The position numbers and the translations under genes are program-made. Under the pieces are notes generated by a model. That model worked only from the letters and a program-made list of their open reading frames with translations. It had not been told where the DNA came from and ran no database searches. 64,000 nt of DNA, taken from Haliotis rubra (Eukaryota). Each line of letters starts with the position of its first letter. Position 1 is the first letter of the stretch. The DNA lies in assembly GCF_003918875.1 (NCBI RefSeq), contig NW_025767371.1:372001-436000 (forward strand), given 5' to 3'. Of this stretch, positions 38,701 to 51,759 are shown piece after piece.

Positions 38701-41700
38701 ACACAGCTGGTGTATAACAGAATATCCACATCCAATACATGCGTATCAAGCAGACCAGATACTGGAATCACAGCCAGGTTAATATAATAATAATAATGTC
38801 AAACCAATATCACACAGCTGGTGTATAACAGAATATACTACATGCGTATCACGCAGACCAGATACTGGAATCACAGCCAGGTTAATATAATAATTAATGT
38901 CAAACCAATATCACAGCTGGTGTATAACAGAATATACTACATAAGTATCAAGCAGACCAGATACTGGAATCACAGCCAGGTTAATATAATAATTAATGTC
39001 AAACCAATATCACACAGCTGGTGTATAACAGAATATACTAAATGCATTATCAAGCAGACCAGGGTATTGTACATCACAGCTAAGGTGACCGTAACTCCCA
39101 TACTTTAACAAAGACTAAGGTAGCCACACAGGTTGTTTTGTACAACAGATCAGATACTGGAATCACAGCCAGGTTAATACGTCAAACTGGTGCATAAAAC
39201 AGTATAGTACTGACATGAGTATCAAGCAGACCAGTTATTGGAATCTACAACTGGTGAATAACCCTGAGGGTCAGTGTCTAATCAATGGCCTCACCTGTGA
39301 CATGGCATCTCTGGCTTTTTTGGCAAAGATGGCAGGAAATAGACTGAAAACGCCGAGTCTGAAATCACAGAAAGACACAACTGTTTTCGTATGTGAATAG
39401 TGTTAAATGTTCTTAAATCAAGAGTATCACCAGGTGTTAGCCTGATAACAGGTGCAGTCCCCACTTCATCGTAAAAATGAAGAATTTCATACTTAAGAAT
39501 ACCACTGAATTGTATTATTAGTATACCATAAAACACCTAGAAAACAACACTTATTGCAATCTTTTTCCATGTATCGTTATATTTGGTAATGCAAATTTTA
39601 AGCCAAGAAGACTTCCCTAAAACAGCAGAAGTGATCATTCTCTCACATTATCTCCCCAGTGACCATTCTGACTTTGATATCTTAATATTTACTTTAAACC
39701 TTGTGGTTCTGAATACCTGAGCTACCCCATACGTGCTTCCAACCATAATGTTTTTATCTGTTACTTAAATAGACTTTGCTCTGTCGTTTTCTCAACTGCA
39801 ATTTCCTTTGCAGTGAAAATTTGCAGCCTCACTTGTCATCTGTGAATGAACATTTTGTCAGCTCCATGCAGTGGTGTAAGAATTTAGTAATGCTAAATTA
39901 TCAAAATATGTGAAGTGCATCAAGTTATCAAACTTGTGACATGCATAGATCACTTTGCTCTCCTTTACACCACAGAGAAATACTTAGGCCAGACCAATTT
40001 TATTTCTTGTTTTACAGATTTTTGTCCTCAGAAAACCTAAAGGCAGGAGGGAAAAAAATAAAAAAATAAAAATCACCAGTCAAAGTAATATTGCTTTTGC
40101 ATACTAAAAGTATTTTATTTTTGGCAAGTTATGAAGTGTATATGGAGCACAAAAAAATCAAATTTTTGGGGGGTAAGTTTACATTCTTTGCCCATAAAAA
40201 CATGAGGATTTTATTTTTGGAGCGGGGAAATTTTTTTTATATTTTTTTTCTTATTCTTGAAAAAATACGACCAGCAGATCCGTAAAACAAGAAATGAAAC
40301 TGGTCTGGCCTTATTCACTTTCTCACAGTAGGAAAATAACTAAACATGTACAGTGGAACACTTTAACTCCCAATATTACTGACCACAATATGCCTCACAA
40401 TATGGATGCCTGTATTGTAAGATACAACTCCTCTGCCAACACGCAGCCCTCAAAGCCCTGTATAAGCCTCAAAACACTTTCAAATATTCTACCTGTCTAA
40501 TCATGTATGAAAATGTTGTATTATGAGAAATGAAGGTTTTTATGATTGATGTTTTGTTCGTGGTCGATCCTGTGTGCTACAATACACTACATGGGTTATA
40601 GTTCAAATTACTGTTAATCAACACTCCCATCGGACAACCCTCACATGCCTACCTCAGAAAGCAACACCTTATTCAGACAACCCTGCCTACCTTCTGACAA
40701 TGCCTACCTTCGGCAACCAAACCTCAATAAGACAACCATGTGATAGCCTTCTGACAATGTGCCTACCTTCGGCAGCCAAACCTCAATAAGACAACCATCT
40801 GACAACCTTCTGACAATGCCTACCTTCGGCAACCAAACCTCAATAAGACAACCATGTGACAACCTTCTGACAATGCCTACCTTCGGCAGCCAAACCTCAA
40901 TAAGACAACCATGTGACAACCTTCTGACAATGCCTACCTTCGGCAGCCAAACCTCAATAAGACAACCATGTGATAGCCTTCTGACAATGTGCCTACCTTC
41001 GGCAGCCAAACCTCAATAAGACAACCCTGACAACCTTCTGACATGCCTACCTTGCCAAACCTCAATGCCTACCTTCGCAGCCAAACCTCAATAAGACAAC
41101 CATGTGACAACCTTCTGACAATGTGCCTACCTTCGCAGCCAAACCTCAATAAGACAACCATGTGACAATGTGCCTTCTGACAATGTGCCTACCCTTTGAC
41201 AATGACAGCCAAACCCCAATAAGACAACCCTGACAACCTTCTGACAATGTGCCTACCTTCGGAAGCCCAGGTCCTTGTAGCACTGCTTTTTTAGATCTAT
41301 ATACAGTTCTGAAAGAAAACATGAAAAAATCATGGCTTCCATTCAACAAAAACTGAAACTGTAGTGGTGGGGAAGTTGTTGAATGATGTAAGCTGTCAAA
41401 CAGAATAATCACTGTACCCTTACATGGTTGGTTGGTTGTTGTTAAATGCCGCACTCAGCAACGTTCCAGAGATATGGTGGCGGTCTGAACCAGACAATCC
41501 AGAGACCAACACTGGACCCCCCAACCCCCACAAAGGCTGTGAAGCAATATATAGGCTGTCCTAAAAGATCAATAATCAGAAATATTGTCGATGGGAAGAA
41601 TTATTAATGATTATAAATAAGAAAATTGCGTCATCAATAATATCTTTAATAAACTGTTGTTATGGAATAAACTTTTAATTTACACACACAATACACAAAT

Positions 41701-44700
41701 GTAAGTATCTGTTCACTGCCACTTTAAAATTATGTTCAGAAAACTGTTCTGCTGCAATCCGCGCATAAGGGTGTCCTCACTCCCCTGTGACATGAAACAT
41801 ATCATTTCTTGCTGACCTTTTGTAAATTCTCTGATATTTATTGATAACCGATTGACATTTAGTTCATGATTATCAATCTGTCTTATCTATATCAACAGCC
41901 AGTACTACGAAATACTTGAGTCTGTTTCCGTGGTATTGGAATGGTCTGAGTTAGTTCAAGTGACTTAATGCCATGCTTTTCTGTTTTCACTTTCAGTCAC
42001 GTGAGTGAGTATGGTTTTATGCCGCTTTTAGCAATATTCCAGCAATATCACGGTAGGGAACACCAGCAATGGGCTTCACACACTGAACCCGGGTCTTTGG
42101 CGTGACTAGCAAACACATTAACCACTAGGCCACCCCACCACCCCTCAGTCACGTGAACCGAACAGTGAATGTTCAAGCTATATTCCTACAGCCTACAACC
42201 CCCATGATGTCATGATCAACAAGTATACATTACAGAGAAAGAAATGCAACTTTTTTAAAGGGTACCATTGGGCACAGACATAATTTACACCTGCCCTTGT
42301 GAAAATAAGCGTGCCCATACCTTTTGATTGTCCAAATAGACTTAAACCATCTCAACAATTACGTCATTTCAATTTATTATTTCTTTAAATAAATCAGTAA
42401 AAATCATGTAAACATCCAAACATGAGAGCCGGGTTTCCTGAACACTATCATGACTGCAAGTAGCAGCTATAGTTCAGCTTCATTTGCGTGTGATTTGCCC
42501 CGATAAACTAACCCACAAACTACGTTACCAAGACATGGGATTCCCTGTTATGCACAGTGGCATTCAAAATGGTCACGCCCTTTATTAAGCTGTGAATATG
42601 AGAATGCCACCGATAAACAGTTTGATGGGCTGCAAAAATAGGTATTGAATCATTTCAGTTTGTCAAATTTATCACATTTTCCAGGGCTCGATTTAGTTTT
42701 TTGTTACTTGCACTGGTGCAACACAATATTACAAAGTGCAACCTAGTTATGAGTCTTATCTTGCACAAGGTGCAAGTCAATTTTTGAGAAATAGATAAAT
42801 AAATCTAACACTATAAGCATAAATATGTCAGCTAATTTTTCTTCTAAACTTTGAATAGCTATGGCACTGAAATATTGCTATTCATATACACGTTTCGTCT
42901 ATGACAGCTCTTGTAAACAGGGATCAGCTGTGTCTCTGTGTTGCTATGCTTTCATAGGTACTACATCACGGAAATAAGTTTATGTGCACCGAAACCTCTT
43001 GCGTTTTAACACACAACGTTGCAACTGGAATTTTTGCTGGTGCAACTAGGGTTTTATCTTAGGTTGCACCTAGTGCAAGTAGGTTAACCTCTCTTAAATC
43101 GAGCCCTGTTTTCCATTAAATGAATCATGGTGAGTATTATTTTTTAATTTTAGTCGTGTCATCAGGGCACAATGAAAACATATCCACCATGCCATTTCAA
43201 TATTTACTGTGGCATGGCAAATTAAGGACTATTTTGATCCCTCACATAACATGAGAAGTGCTGTTGTCTGTAAACCTGTGATAGGACAGGTATAGAACTG
43301 TATTTTCACATTACAGTCTACAAGTCTTGAACAATGTTGACGTTTCATCATTTGCATCAGAAATTGACATTGTAGATTTTATGCAATATAAATGATTAAA
43401 AATATCTCACCCCCCATTAAAAAACTTCCCTTCCACGAACTCCTCCACCCCTATCTCCTCCAAGCCGATTGCGATCAACCTGACGTTGTTGGCATCCAGC
43501 TGAGGTTTCAAGGTGGAAAGTTGCCTCGCTCCGAGGCGACAGAAAGGTCATCCAAACCTCCGCATAAACGTGATAACACAGGAGCCTTTCTGCCAGAACG
43601 TCTCCAGCGCCACCATCTGACAACAGCAAAACGAGGTTAAACAAATTTAACAGGAATAATCAGAAAGGCAAAAATTTATCGATGTCAACTTCTCTATTGT
43701 TTTTCTTTTTTTCAATCACCTGTTGAAGCCTTCAGCCTTTCGTTGAAGGAGTAAGAATATACTATGAAATGTCATGTTCCTCAAAATAAAGTTGACAACA
43801 ATAAACTCTTGCCTTCTAAATGCCATCCAAAGTAGGAATAATTACGTTTTGTTAACTTTTACATGGCAGTTATGTGACAAGCAACACTGCTATAGGCAAC
43901 AACATCTTTATCAAACACCTGTAACGTCTCTAGGCTAACTTCTTACCCTTCGTATCTGATGACTGATCTTTCGTCTCACGCACACACTTCACGCTACTTA
44001 GCTTTATGGACAAAATCATATGAAATAGCTTGCTTCTGGCAAATGGCCCAACCAACAATAGACATTGGATATGCAGATGTATCAGTTACCATGGTTACTT
44101 TGTATCCCTTTTATAACCATTTATCATATACATGATCATGATGATATAGACATTTTTCAAGGATAAACAGAGGTTATTGCATGAGTGTGTGTGTGTACAC
44201 AAGGATATACTCAGGGATTTATAGCATGCGATTCCTGTGTCCTATACTCATAAAATTTGACAATGGACGCAACACAATTTATTAGCGCGTCCACAGGGAC
44301 GCAGAAAAAGTCCAAATACTTTCTGTAACAATTCCGATCAAGAGACAATAAGGTATCACTGAGTTTGCTACTACTTGGGTTGTGGTATTAATTGCAATTT
44401 AATTCCTGTAACAATGTGATGATCATGATACACAATACAATAACAGTATTAATAACAATATTTAAGTGTCTGGGACCCCATGTTTAGGGTATGAGTCCCA
44501 GGGACCTGCAAATACAGGACTCAATCATGTAGATCCCTGTATACTGCATTACTAGATTTAGTTTCATAACCCTTTTATCATATAATATTGTTATCAAATA
44601 TATATATCAGCAAAATAGGTCAATTAGTACAGCTGGCAGACAGATGAACTTATCGCTGACAAAGCTGAAACGTTACGCAAGCAATTGTCATTTTGCATTT

Positions 44701-47700
44701 ATCACTGTATATGGGAGTTAAGTCACTGTCGAAATGACAGGGTTTCATGGGGACAACACTGTCATGGTTTGACTGTCAATCAGTGATGTGACGCCATACA
44801 TCAATATGCACGATCCAGCATACTACAAACAGGGTTTTACATAACTCTTCCGAAACTGGGAGTCCTGGAGAATCAGCGCATATGTATTCTGAGAGTCCAT
44901 TTCCAAAATTGGGAGTCCATTAATTTGCATGAAATCAATGATCATGGATGCTTCCCTTTTGATAAAGATTAGGTTATAATATGTGTTACTTTCAATGTCA
45001 TTGAAATAATGATTGTAAACATAATGTTTATATGTATTGTGGGACATCACTTATTCAATACAAACTCATAAAGTTATTCCCATAATTTTTTTTTATTGCA
45101 TCCACAAGGATGCAGGATTTTAGTTTAGGGGTACTTCATCATATTTCTACGTCCAATACGCAGGAATCCTCCGTCCCGTAAAACCCTGTACAAAGTCAAC
45201 TTTGTCTCACGGGTATGTGATGGTTATCAGATAAATATGGTCACGGCAGACAGGGCATGCACAGATACTGAACAAAGATGCCATTATCGTTATATCTTCT
45301 ATAAAGATCATGACAGAGAGATCATATAAAGTCCTGAAACATCAAAATTCAGCAGCAAATACAGATTTGACTACCAAATGTATTAGCACTCCAAACCTAT
45401 TGCACTGAATAAACAATTCAGTGCTAACAGTGCTGTATTCCCCATTCCGCTCTGGATACAGTTACATACTCGAGTGGCACTTGTAAACTGTGGTATGACA
45501 AATGAATTTCAACTTCCTTCATTGAGACCTTTTGAGTGGAGTAGCAGCCATACTGTAATTCACAAATAAGTTGAAATTTGTAATCCCTGTCTTCAGTAGA
45601 GTTTTGTTTTAAACATATTTTATTTACAAAATGATTGGGTACAATTTCTCAAAGCTACGAGACCTTCTCTGACACATGCTCTTTAAATATTAATACCAGT
45701 GACATAAAACCTTGTTTGTGGTTAGACCTGCACAAGTGTCTAAGGTTTGTGGTTTCAGATCTCATTTTAAGTAACTACTGTAATAACTAAGGCTGTTACG
45801 ATTCACTCGCATATTCAGTGAATCGAACCGTAGCCCTTCATGAATTCAATTCGTTATTCGTGGCCACCAGAACCGAATATTCATGAATATTTACAATTTT
45901 TTTAAAGGTGTCCCTTTTACTTGAACCCTTATGTCCTTTTTCAAAATGAGATATGCAAGAATGAAATATGTACTAGCCTTGTAGTACCGCAAGTCATGTT
46001 AGTTTTCCAAGGCCACACATGTTACTGTCAGCTATAAGATTAGATACCAAATTTGAGTGTCATGAGATCACTGGTTATTGCTGTGACAAATTAACACAGT
46101 CAACTTTGGCATTTAATATTGTGCATCAATCACTTAACTTCAATATTGTATTCATGAATAATTATTTGTATTAGTTACCCAATATTCGTGATACGTATCA
46201 TATTCGCCACACAGTGTATTCGTTACAGCCCTAGTAATAACCTTAAATAAACCATAAGAAATAACAGAAGCTATGGCAAACACAAGATCAAATACCATGA
46301 TGAAACATACAATGTTATCGATGAAAACTTCTTATTTATTGCATAAAGCGACATTTGATGTAGATCCTTACATGTAAATAAATAAGAAGTTGTCATCCAT
46401 AAAATTATATATTTAATTTTTGAGTCATCAATTTCTAAAATGCTGATCAAACAATTAAAATACAATGATTCACTCCTAGTTGCTGTTGTGCTACCAAACC
46501 AAGGACCTTAACCTGAGGAGTAGTGAGTGAGGTTAGTTTTATGCCGCTTCTAGCAATACTCCAGCAATATCACGACAGGGGACACCAGAAATGGGTTTCA
46601 CACATTGTACCCATGCGGGGAATTGAACCGTGGTCTTCAGCGTGACGTGCAAACGCTTTAACCACTAGGCTACCCCACCCACATACAACAACAGAATCCT
46701 GGCTAGTCCAAGGGACACGATTCTGCACATCAAAATTGTAGTGCATGTGGCCTAGCTGGGGTATTACTAGTCTGTCGTACAGACCCTGAAGCAAATATAT
46801 CCAAGAAAGCCCACGCTAGTCTAGAAAACGTGGCAAGTCTAGATTTCCTCAGCTTCAGAAAATGAAGAAAGTCTCAGGGCTCTTTTCATTATATTATATT
46901 TTTACTATGAACTTTTTTCAGTAAAATATGTTCATTTCAGAGACTAGTTGTTAGTCTAGGGTATTACTGCAAAGCTCCACCCAGTCGACATGAAATCAGC
47001 ACCATGTACTGGTGATAAACATTCTAGTCTACAAGATTTGGGGAAAAACAATTTTTTTCTCCTTCTTTCACTCCCAGCGGGCTTGAGATCCTATTGATTA
47101 CAGTTGCATGCTAGAAAACATGGTGCATATCGTCTCACATGTGTCCTTGAGCTACTCCTATAAACAATTTCTCGTGACCTGATTACTGTATACAACACTA
47201 TGTGACAGAAAGAACTGTGTTGGAAATAGAACATAACAGTAAAAGTGTCTGTGTTACAACTCCAATGTGACAGGGGTTGAAGGGGTGGGCCTGTCCGGAA
47301 TCTGGGCAAATGCTATGGCATCAAAGTTGACAGGTCTTGGGTGATAAACCTTTTCAAACAAGTCACTCTCTTGAACTGGGGTCGATTCTGTGAGGTTAAT
47401 TTATGCACTGTTTCAGTGAGTTTTACACTGCTTTTCGCAATATTCCAGCAATATCATGGTAAGGGACACTAGAAATGGACTTCACACATTGTACCCATGT
47501 GGGGAATCGAACCCGGGTATTTGGTGTGACAAGCGAACGCTTTAACCACTAGGCTACCCCACCACCCTATGTGCACGGTATGAAGTAAACAAGTTCCAAT
47601 TCAGAGAAGTATTTCAAGATCCAAGCAAACATGAGCTAACTGTTATGGCTGCCTTTGATTTACGAGTGATATGCCTACATAGACAGTAACTCTGTAAGTG

Positions 47701-50379
47701 GTGACAATCATGGCCTACATAGTTAACCTTCAAGAGGCGGGGCTCTTGTGAGTAATGTTTATATTGTCAGGAGGATTTGTGAATAACACTCCTAAATGTT
47801 AGAATTCAATCCTGTTAACTAAATAAACAGGAAACATGCTGCATTTCTGTGAAGACGCACACTGGATAATTGGGCGCTGCACAATGCATCACGCAGATTG
47901 CGGTCAAGGATGGGAAGGATGGAGACGGAAGCTGAGTCAACCTGGATCTATGCAGTTAATGTGGTCTACAGTGGTATCAAAGTCATTAAATGGCATTTAG
48001 AAGAAATACACGTAAAGCAGAAAATATCCCAACACGAGCTGAATTCAACATTCTGGTGATTTCGACGATTGCATTGCACGCGCTATCGGGGGAGTATGTG
48101 TGCGATCAGAGTGCACAAACAGTTTCACTGGTAGGGTGGTTGCCCAGTTGCTGTCGTGAGAAACTATTGACAATGGAAATCGAGAAGTAAAGTTATATAA
48201 AAAGCAAACAAACATTGATATTAAACTATTGAAATATGATCTGTTTGACTGGAATTTTAGAATGACGAATGGTAAGGAAGGTATGATGCTTTCTGGATGA
48301 CAACTTTAGTACCTAACTCGTTAGGATGTGAAAGCCACAACTTGGTGGGCCTTGTGGCTGTAAGAGTTGTATACTCCCTAGGGAGTTGAGATTGATAATA
48401 TGATGTGCCGTTAAGACTGACACCTAATGATCGAGGGAAAAAACACCAGCGACCTGAGCATGCACAAGTTGCCTGGACATGTGCGCTATATAAATATCCC
48501 ATAATATAAAGAAGTATAATTATGATGCAAGGTTTTGGTATAGATTCTTATACTGATTTCTTAGTTAACAACGGTATAAGAATCGATACCAAAATGTTGC
48601 ATCATGATATCATGAAGGAGTTGTCATCCATATAGTACCCTACCTTTCTCAGGAAAATGATGTTGTGGAGTATGAAGAAAACTACAATGCAGATAGTTAT
48701 ATAAGAGCATTTGAAATAACAACAGTGATGAGGAACAAAGCTGGATGATTAACAAGGGAAGCTGGCAGTAAAATATCTGCTGACTGGTAATGTCAAAGAG
48801 AAACCAGGAATATTTCAGGAGTAAATAGTCCTGATAGGAAAGGGGGATGGGGATGGGGGTTGAGCTGTGGGGCAGGTGTTACTGGATTGATTGGTGACAG
48901 TCAAAACAAGGAACCCAGCACACACACAAAAAAAAAATCAGTAAATGCAAGGCAGATAGGTTACCTGGTGATAGTTGATTGCAAGTTGGGACCTCCTGAT
49001 GTCTATGTGAATATACTTATATGCTTATGGGTAAAATTATATATTCAGAGACTAAGCATTAGTCTAAGCCATAACCTGCAACCTTTATTCACATAACAGA
49101 GTAATCAGAAATTTTTCATCTGTATATGACGGTGAAGAAATCATCAAGACTGGACCAGACATGCCAGTGATTTCCATTGTGACAAAGGGTATAGGGAGGC
49201 ATTGGGGGAGGGTCTGTAGCGGGGCTGGCTTCACCACCCTGATTTTACATCTGATTGTATGCATGTACCATCGTGTTTCCTATCATGATAACATCGTGAT
49301 AACCTGGGGCTCTTCTCAAGAAGCAACCTTTACTAAGGTTAACCTTAACTCCCATTCTTTAACATTGCACTAAGGTGAGGTGAGGTGAAATTGGGTTTAA
49401 CGTTGTGCTTGAGAATATTTCGCTCATATGACAACGTGTATGCGTGTGTAAGTGTAGGTACAGCTGCTTGTACTAGCCCAGACTGAAGCTGGTTTTATAG
49501 TGCTAGCCCACTGAGATACCATGCCGCAGTGAAGCATGAATACCCCACTCAGACACATTATACTGACTCCGAGCCGACCAGTCCTTGTTGTACCCATTAA
49601 TGCCGAACGCCAGACAGGGACCAACAAGTACCATATTTTAACGTCTTTTGGTATGACGCGGTCTGGGATCGAACACACGACCTTCTGCTCTCCGGGCAGA
49701 CGCTCAAACCACTACACCACTGAGGCGGTCTTACACTAAGGTTACCATAGTGACTTACATTCACGTTTGTGCTTTGTGAAAGGAGGCCCTGGTAGTTACA
49801 GTACTGGCTAGCGAACAGTTATCGCCACGTAACAGGTATCGCCAATACATTAGTATCACACATGCGCAGAAAATTAATTCGGTTTCATTAAGTCAACGAA
49901 CGGCTGAGTAATTTTGTAAATAGCTCTAAAATATGGCAATAACTGTTGGGTAGCCAGTACAGTTATTGATAGTTTATGTGACATGTATACATTGTATTTG
50001 TGAATTTGGTGTATTAATTTGGGATGGATTTTTAAAATCCTGCAGCGACCCCTGCACCCGGTGCGTTAGATAATCAGCTGAATCTCTCTGGATGTACATG
50101 TTCAATGGCAAGATCGTTACATAAAACTAAAATAATCCCCAGAAAAACATGAGATGCGTTTTGGTGAATATAAAACCACTAGCGCGTCTCAGAATAAACG
50201 CAGGTTTAGTTCAATCCCAAGTTAATACTGTATGAACGAAAATAATCATCATTATCGTCGCGATAGATTTTAACACCTTATATAACATCGCATTCTGAGT
50301 CTTGCATGCATATTATTAAACTTACCTCTTTCGATTCAACGCTTTTGACAGCATTTTTAGCAATCTTAGAGACGTCCAT
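32727..50379 (-). CDS. PRXL2B: Peroxiredoxin-like 2B / prostamide-prostaglandin F synthase (FAM213B, SelU family), selenocysteine form with UxxC, about 239 aa
   Basis: Coding exons 50379-50326 (Kozak ccaccATGg; MDVSKIAKNAVKSVESKE), 43616-43411 (FMRRFG-UGA-PFCR...VRLIAIGLEEIGVEEFVEGKFFNG), 41308-41257 (ELYIDLKKQCYKDLGFR), 39358-39295, 34028-33953 (GNFKGDGMQNGGTVVVAKG), 32995-32727 (KVLLNFKQENPADHV...). Collinear, from recall, with vertebrate PRXL2B (LRRFGCVVCR...GELYLDESKQLYKELGFKR...GDLLQSGG). One surplus G at the exon 2 donor breaks the frame (see findings). Confidence 0.9.
33313..33952. repeat. 19-bp minisatellite
   Basis: (caatacaaggctacacaMa)n, ending at the exon 5 donor. Confidence 0.95.
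34795..39240. repeat. 103-bp satellite array (about 41 copies, 4.3 kb) in PRXL2B intron 4
   Basis: Unit cacagctggtgtataacagaatatactacatgcgtatcaagcagaccagatactggaatcacagccaggttaatataataataataatgtcaaaccaatatca; period measured from 34912 to 35015. Confidence 0.97.
39987..40310. mobile_element. MITE with about 35-bp TIRs and TTA target duplication (PIF/Harbinger-like)
   Basis: ggccagaccaattttatttcttgttttac ... gtaaaacaagaaatgaaactggtctggcc, with TTA on both sides. Confidence 0.75.
40690..41268. repeat. 57-59 bp minisatellite overlapping the PRXL2B exon 3 donor
   Basis: (tgcctaccttcggcagccaaacctcaataagacaaccatgtgacaaccttctgacaa)n, about 10 copies. Confidence 0.95.
42682..43108. mobile_element. 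Non-autonomous hAT-like element, 14-bp TIR, 5-bp TSD
   Basis: cagggctcgattta ... taaatcgagccctg flanked by ttttc; subterminal tgcaac/tgcacc repeats. Confidence 0.7.
44212..45188. mobile_element. Two non-autonomous CAGGG...CCCTG elements with 6-bp TSDs
   Basis: 44212-44539 (TSD tatact) and 44830-45188 (cagggttttac/gtaaaaccctg, TSD tacaaa). Confidence 0.65.
45788..46233. mobile_element. Non-autonomous hAT element with 8-bp TSD
   Basis: taaggctgttacgatt ... attcgttacagcccta flanked by gtaataac on both sides. Confidence 0.75.
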
Positions 50380-50399
50380 GGTGGACAACTCTACTGATC

Positions 50400-50650
50400 C
50401 TGCGACTGTCGTGAGGAAACTTTGTACAAATGTCAAACCCGCCTGACCAGCTTTCCAGCACACCCACACTGAAACTACACAGATCTCCTTTACTGTGTCA
50501 AACATGTCACGTGCCCTCCGACACTTCCTGTAATCAGGTAGTGATCTAAATGCCGGAATTCGGAGAATTCTAAAACGGAAACTGACACATACATTCGCGC
50601 TTGCTGTATTTTATACATGGGCCTCGCGCGTGATAGGCGAATAAATCGTG
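50400..50650 (-). promoter_or_regulatory. Putative promoter/5' UTR of PRXL2B
   Basis: CpG-rich stretch upstream of the ATG at 50379, with ETS-like (ACTTCC, CCGGAA), CACGTG and CGCGCG motifs. Confidence 0.4.
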
Positions 50651-51759
50651 CTTTACAGTTGAGTACATTTATCAGATAGTGTTTAATATCGTGTTGTTTG
50701 GCCGAGCCCATTTTCACATATCCTGGAAAGATCGTGTTTTCTGGGTGTAAGATCAAGGAACATTATCTTGACAAAATTGCTTGGCCGGGTGGACAACGCG
50801 CGATGGTGTTTGACTCACTAAAAAGTACCTCTTTTAGTAGACAAACATTATCTGTAAGATAGAACGCTATTGACACCAGATAACGCTATATAATGCTAAT
50901 TGTTTTAATTCGTTGTGTTTATGTCGACTAACGTGTTTAAATTATTGAAACGACAGAAGAAAAAACAACTTATTTTTTTATCTGCTTCCATATTTGATCT
51001 GATTTATCTAGCGATTACAAATGACACATGATCCACAAGATAATTGTGCGCATGCGAAATACGTATTCGCATTATGTCGGAAAATGTACGTTAAATCTTC
51101 AAATCATCTTCACCATCATCTGGGTTATAGCCATATTGTCGCAGTGCTTATAATTAACGATTGTGTCCCCAACGAACGCTGCATACAACTGCCTCACCCA
51201 CTGAATTGTCTACTCGTAATTGTGCGTCAACAGACTCATGTACATGTGAATAAGTTTGAGATGTTCAGGTCATTACCATTAGTGAGTGAGGTTAGCTTTA
51301 CGCCGCACCCATTCATATTCCAGCGGCGGTCTGTAAATAATCGAGTCTGGACCGGACAATCCAGTGATCAACAGATACGGTAGCTCTACACATAAACAAA
51401 ACAGGTCGTTAAGTACACATTCGTGAACTTTTAAACAAGACAATTATAACTAATTTAAGTGACCATGGTAACGTACTGGGTCGGCGCTGTTGTTATTGAG
51501 CACGTGTATTAATGAGTTAGCGAAACATATCAAACGGATACAGCAGTTGCATTAAGTCGCACTGACAATCATAAAACAACTGATGTTTAAGGATGCATTA
51601 ACACTAAAGAATAACAAACCAATTTATTGAACACCAGGGAGACAGTGCTAAGGGTATGTGACAATGAATGCGACATTTCTGTAGACACTGATGCGATATC
51701 AAGCCATTGGTGTGGAGACGTGACAGAGACATATACACGAAGATAGGTGACGCTAGTAC

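Noticed and set aside
43548-43550. Premature stop implying a PRXL2B pseudogene
   Set aside because: The UGA aligns with the redox Cys, the downstream exons are conserved and a SECIS is present, so Sec recoding is the better explanation.
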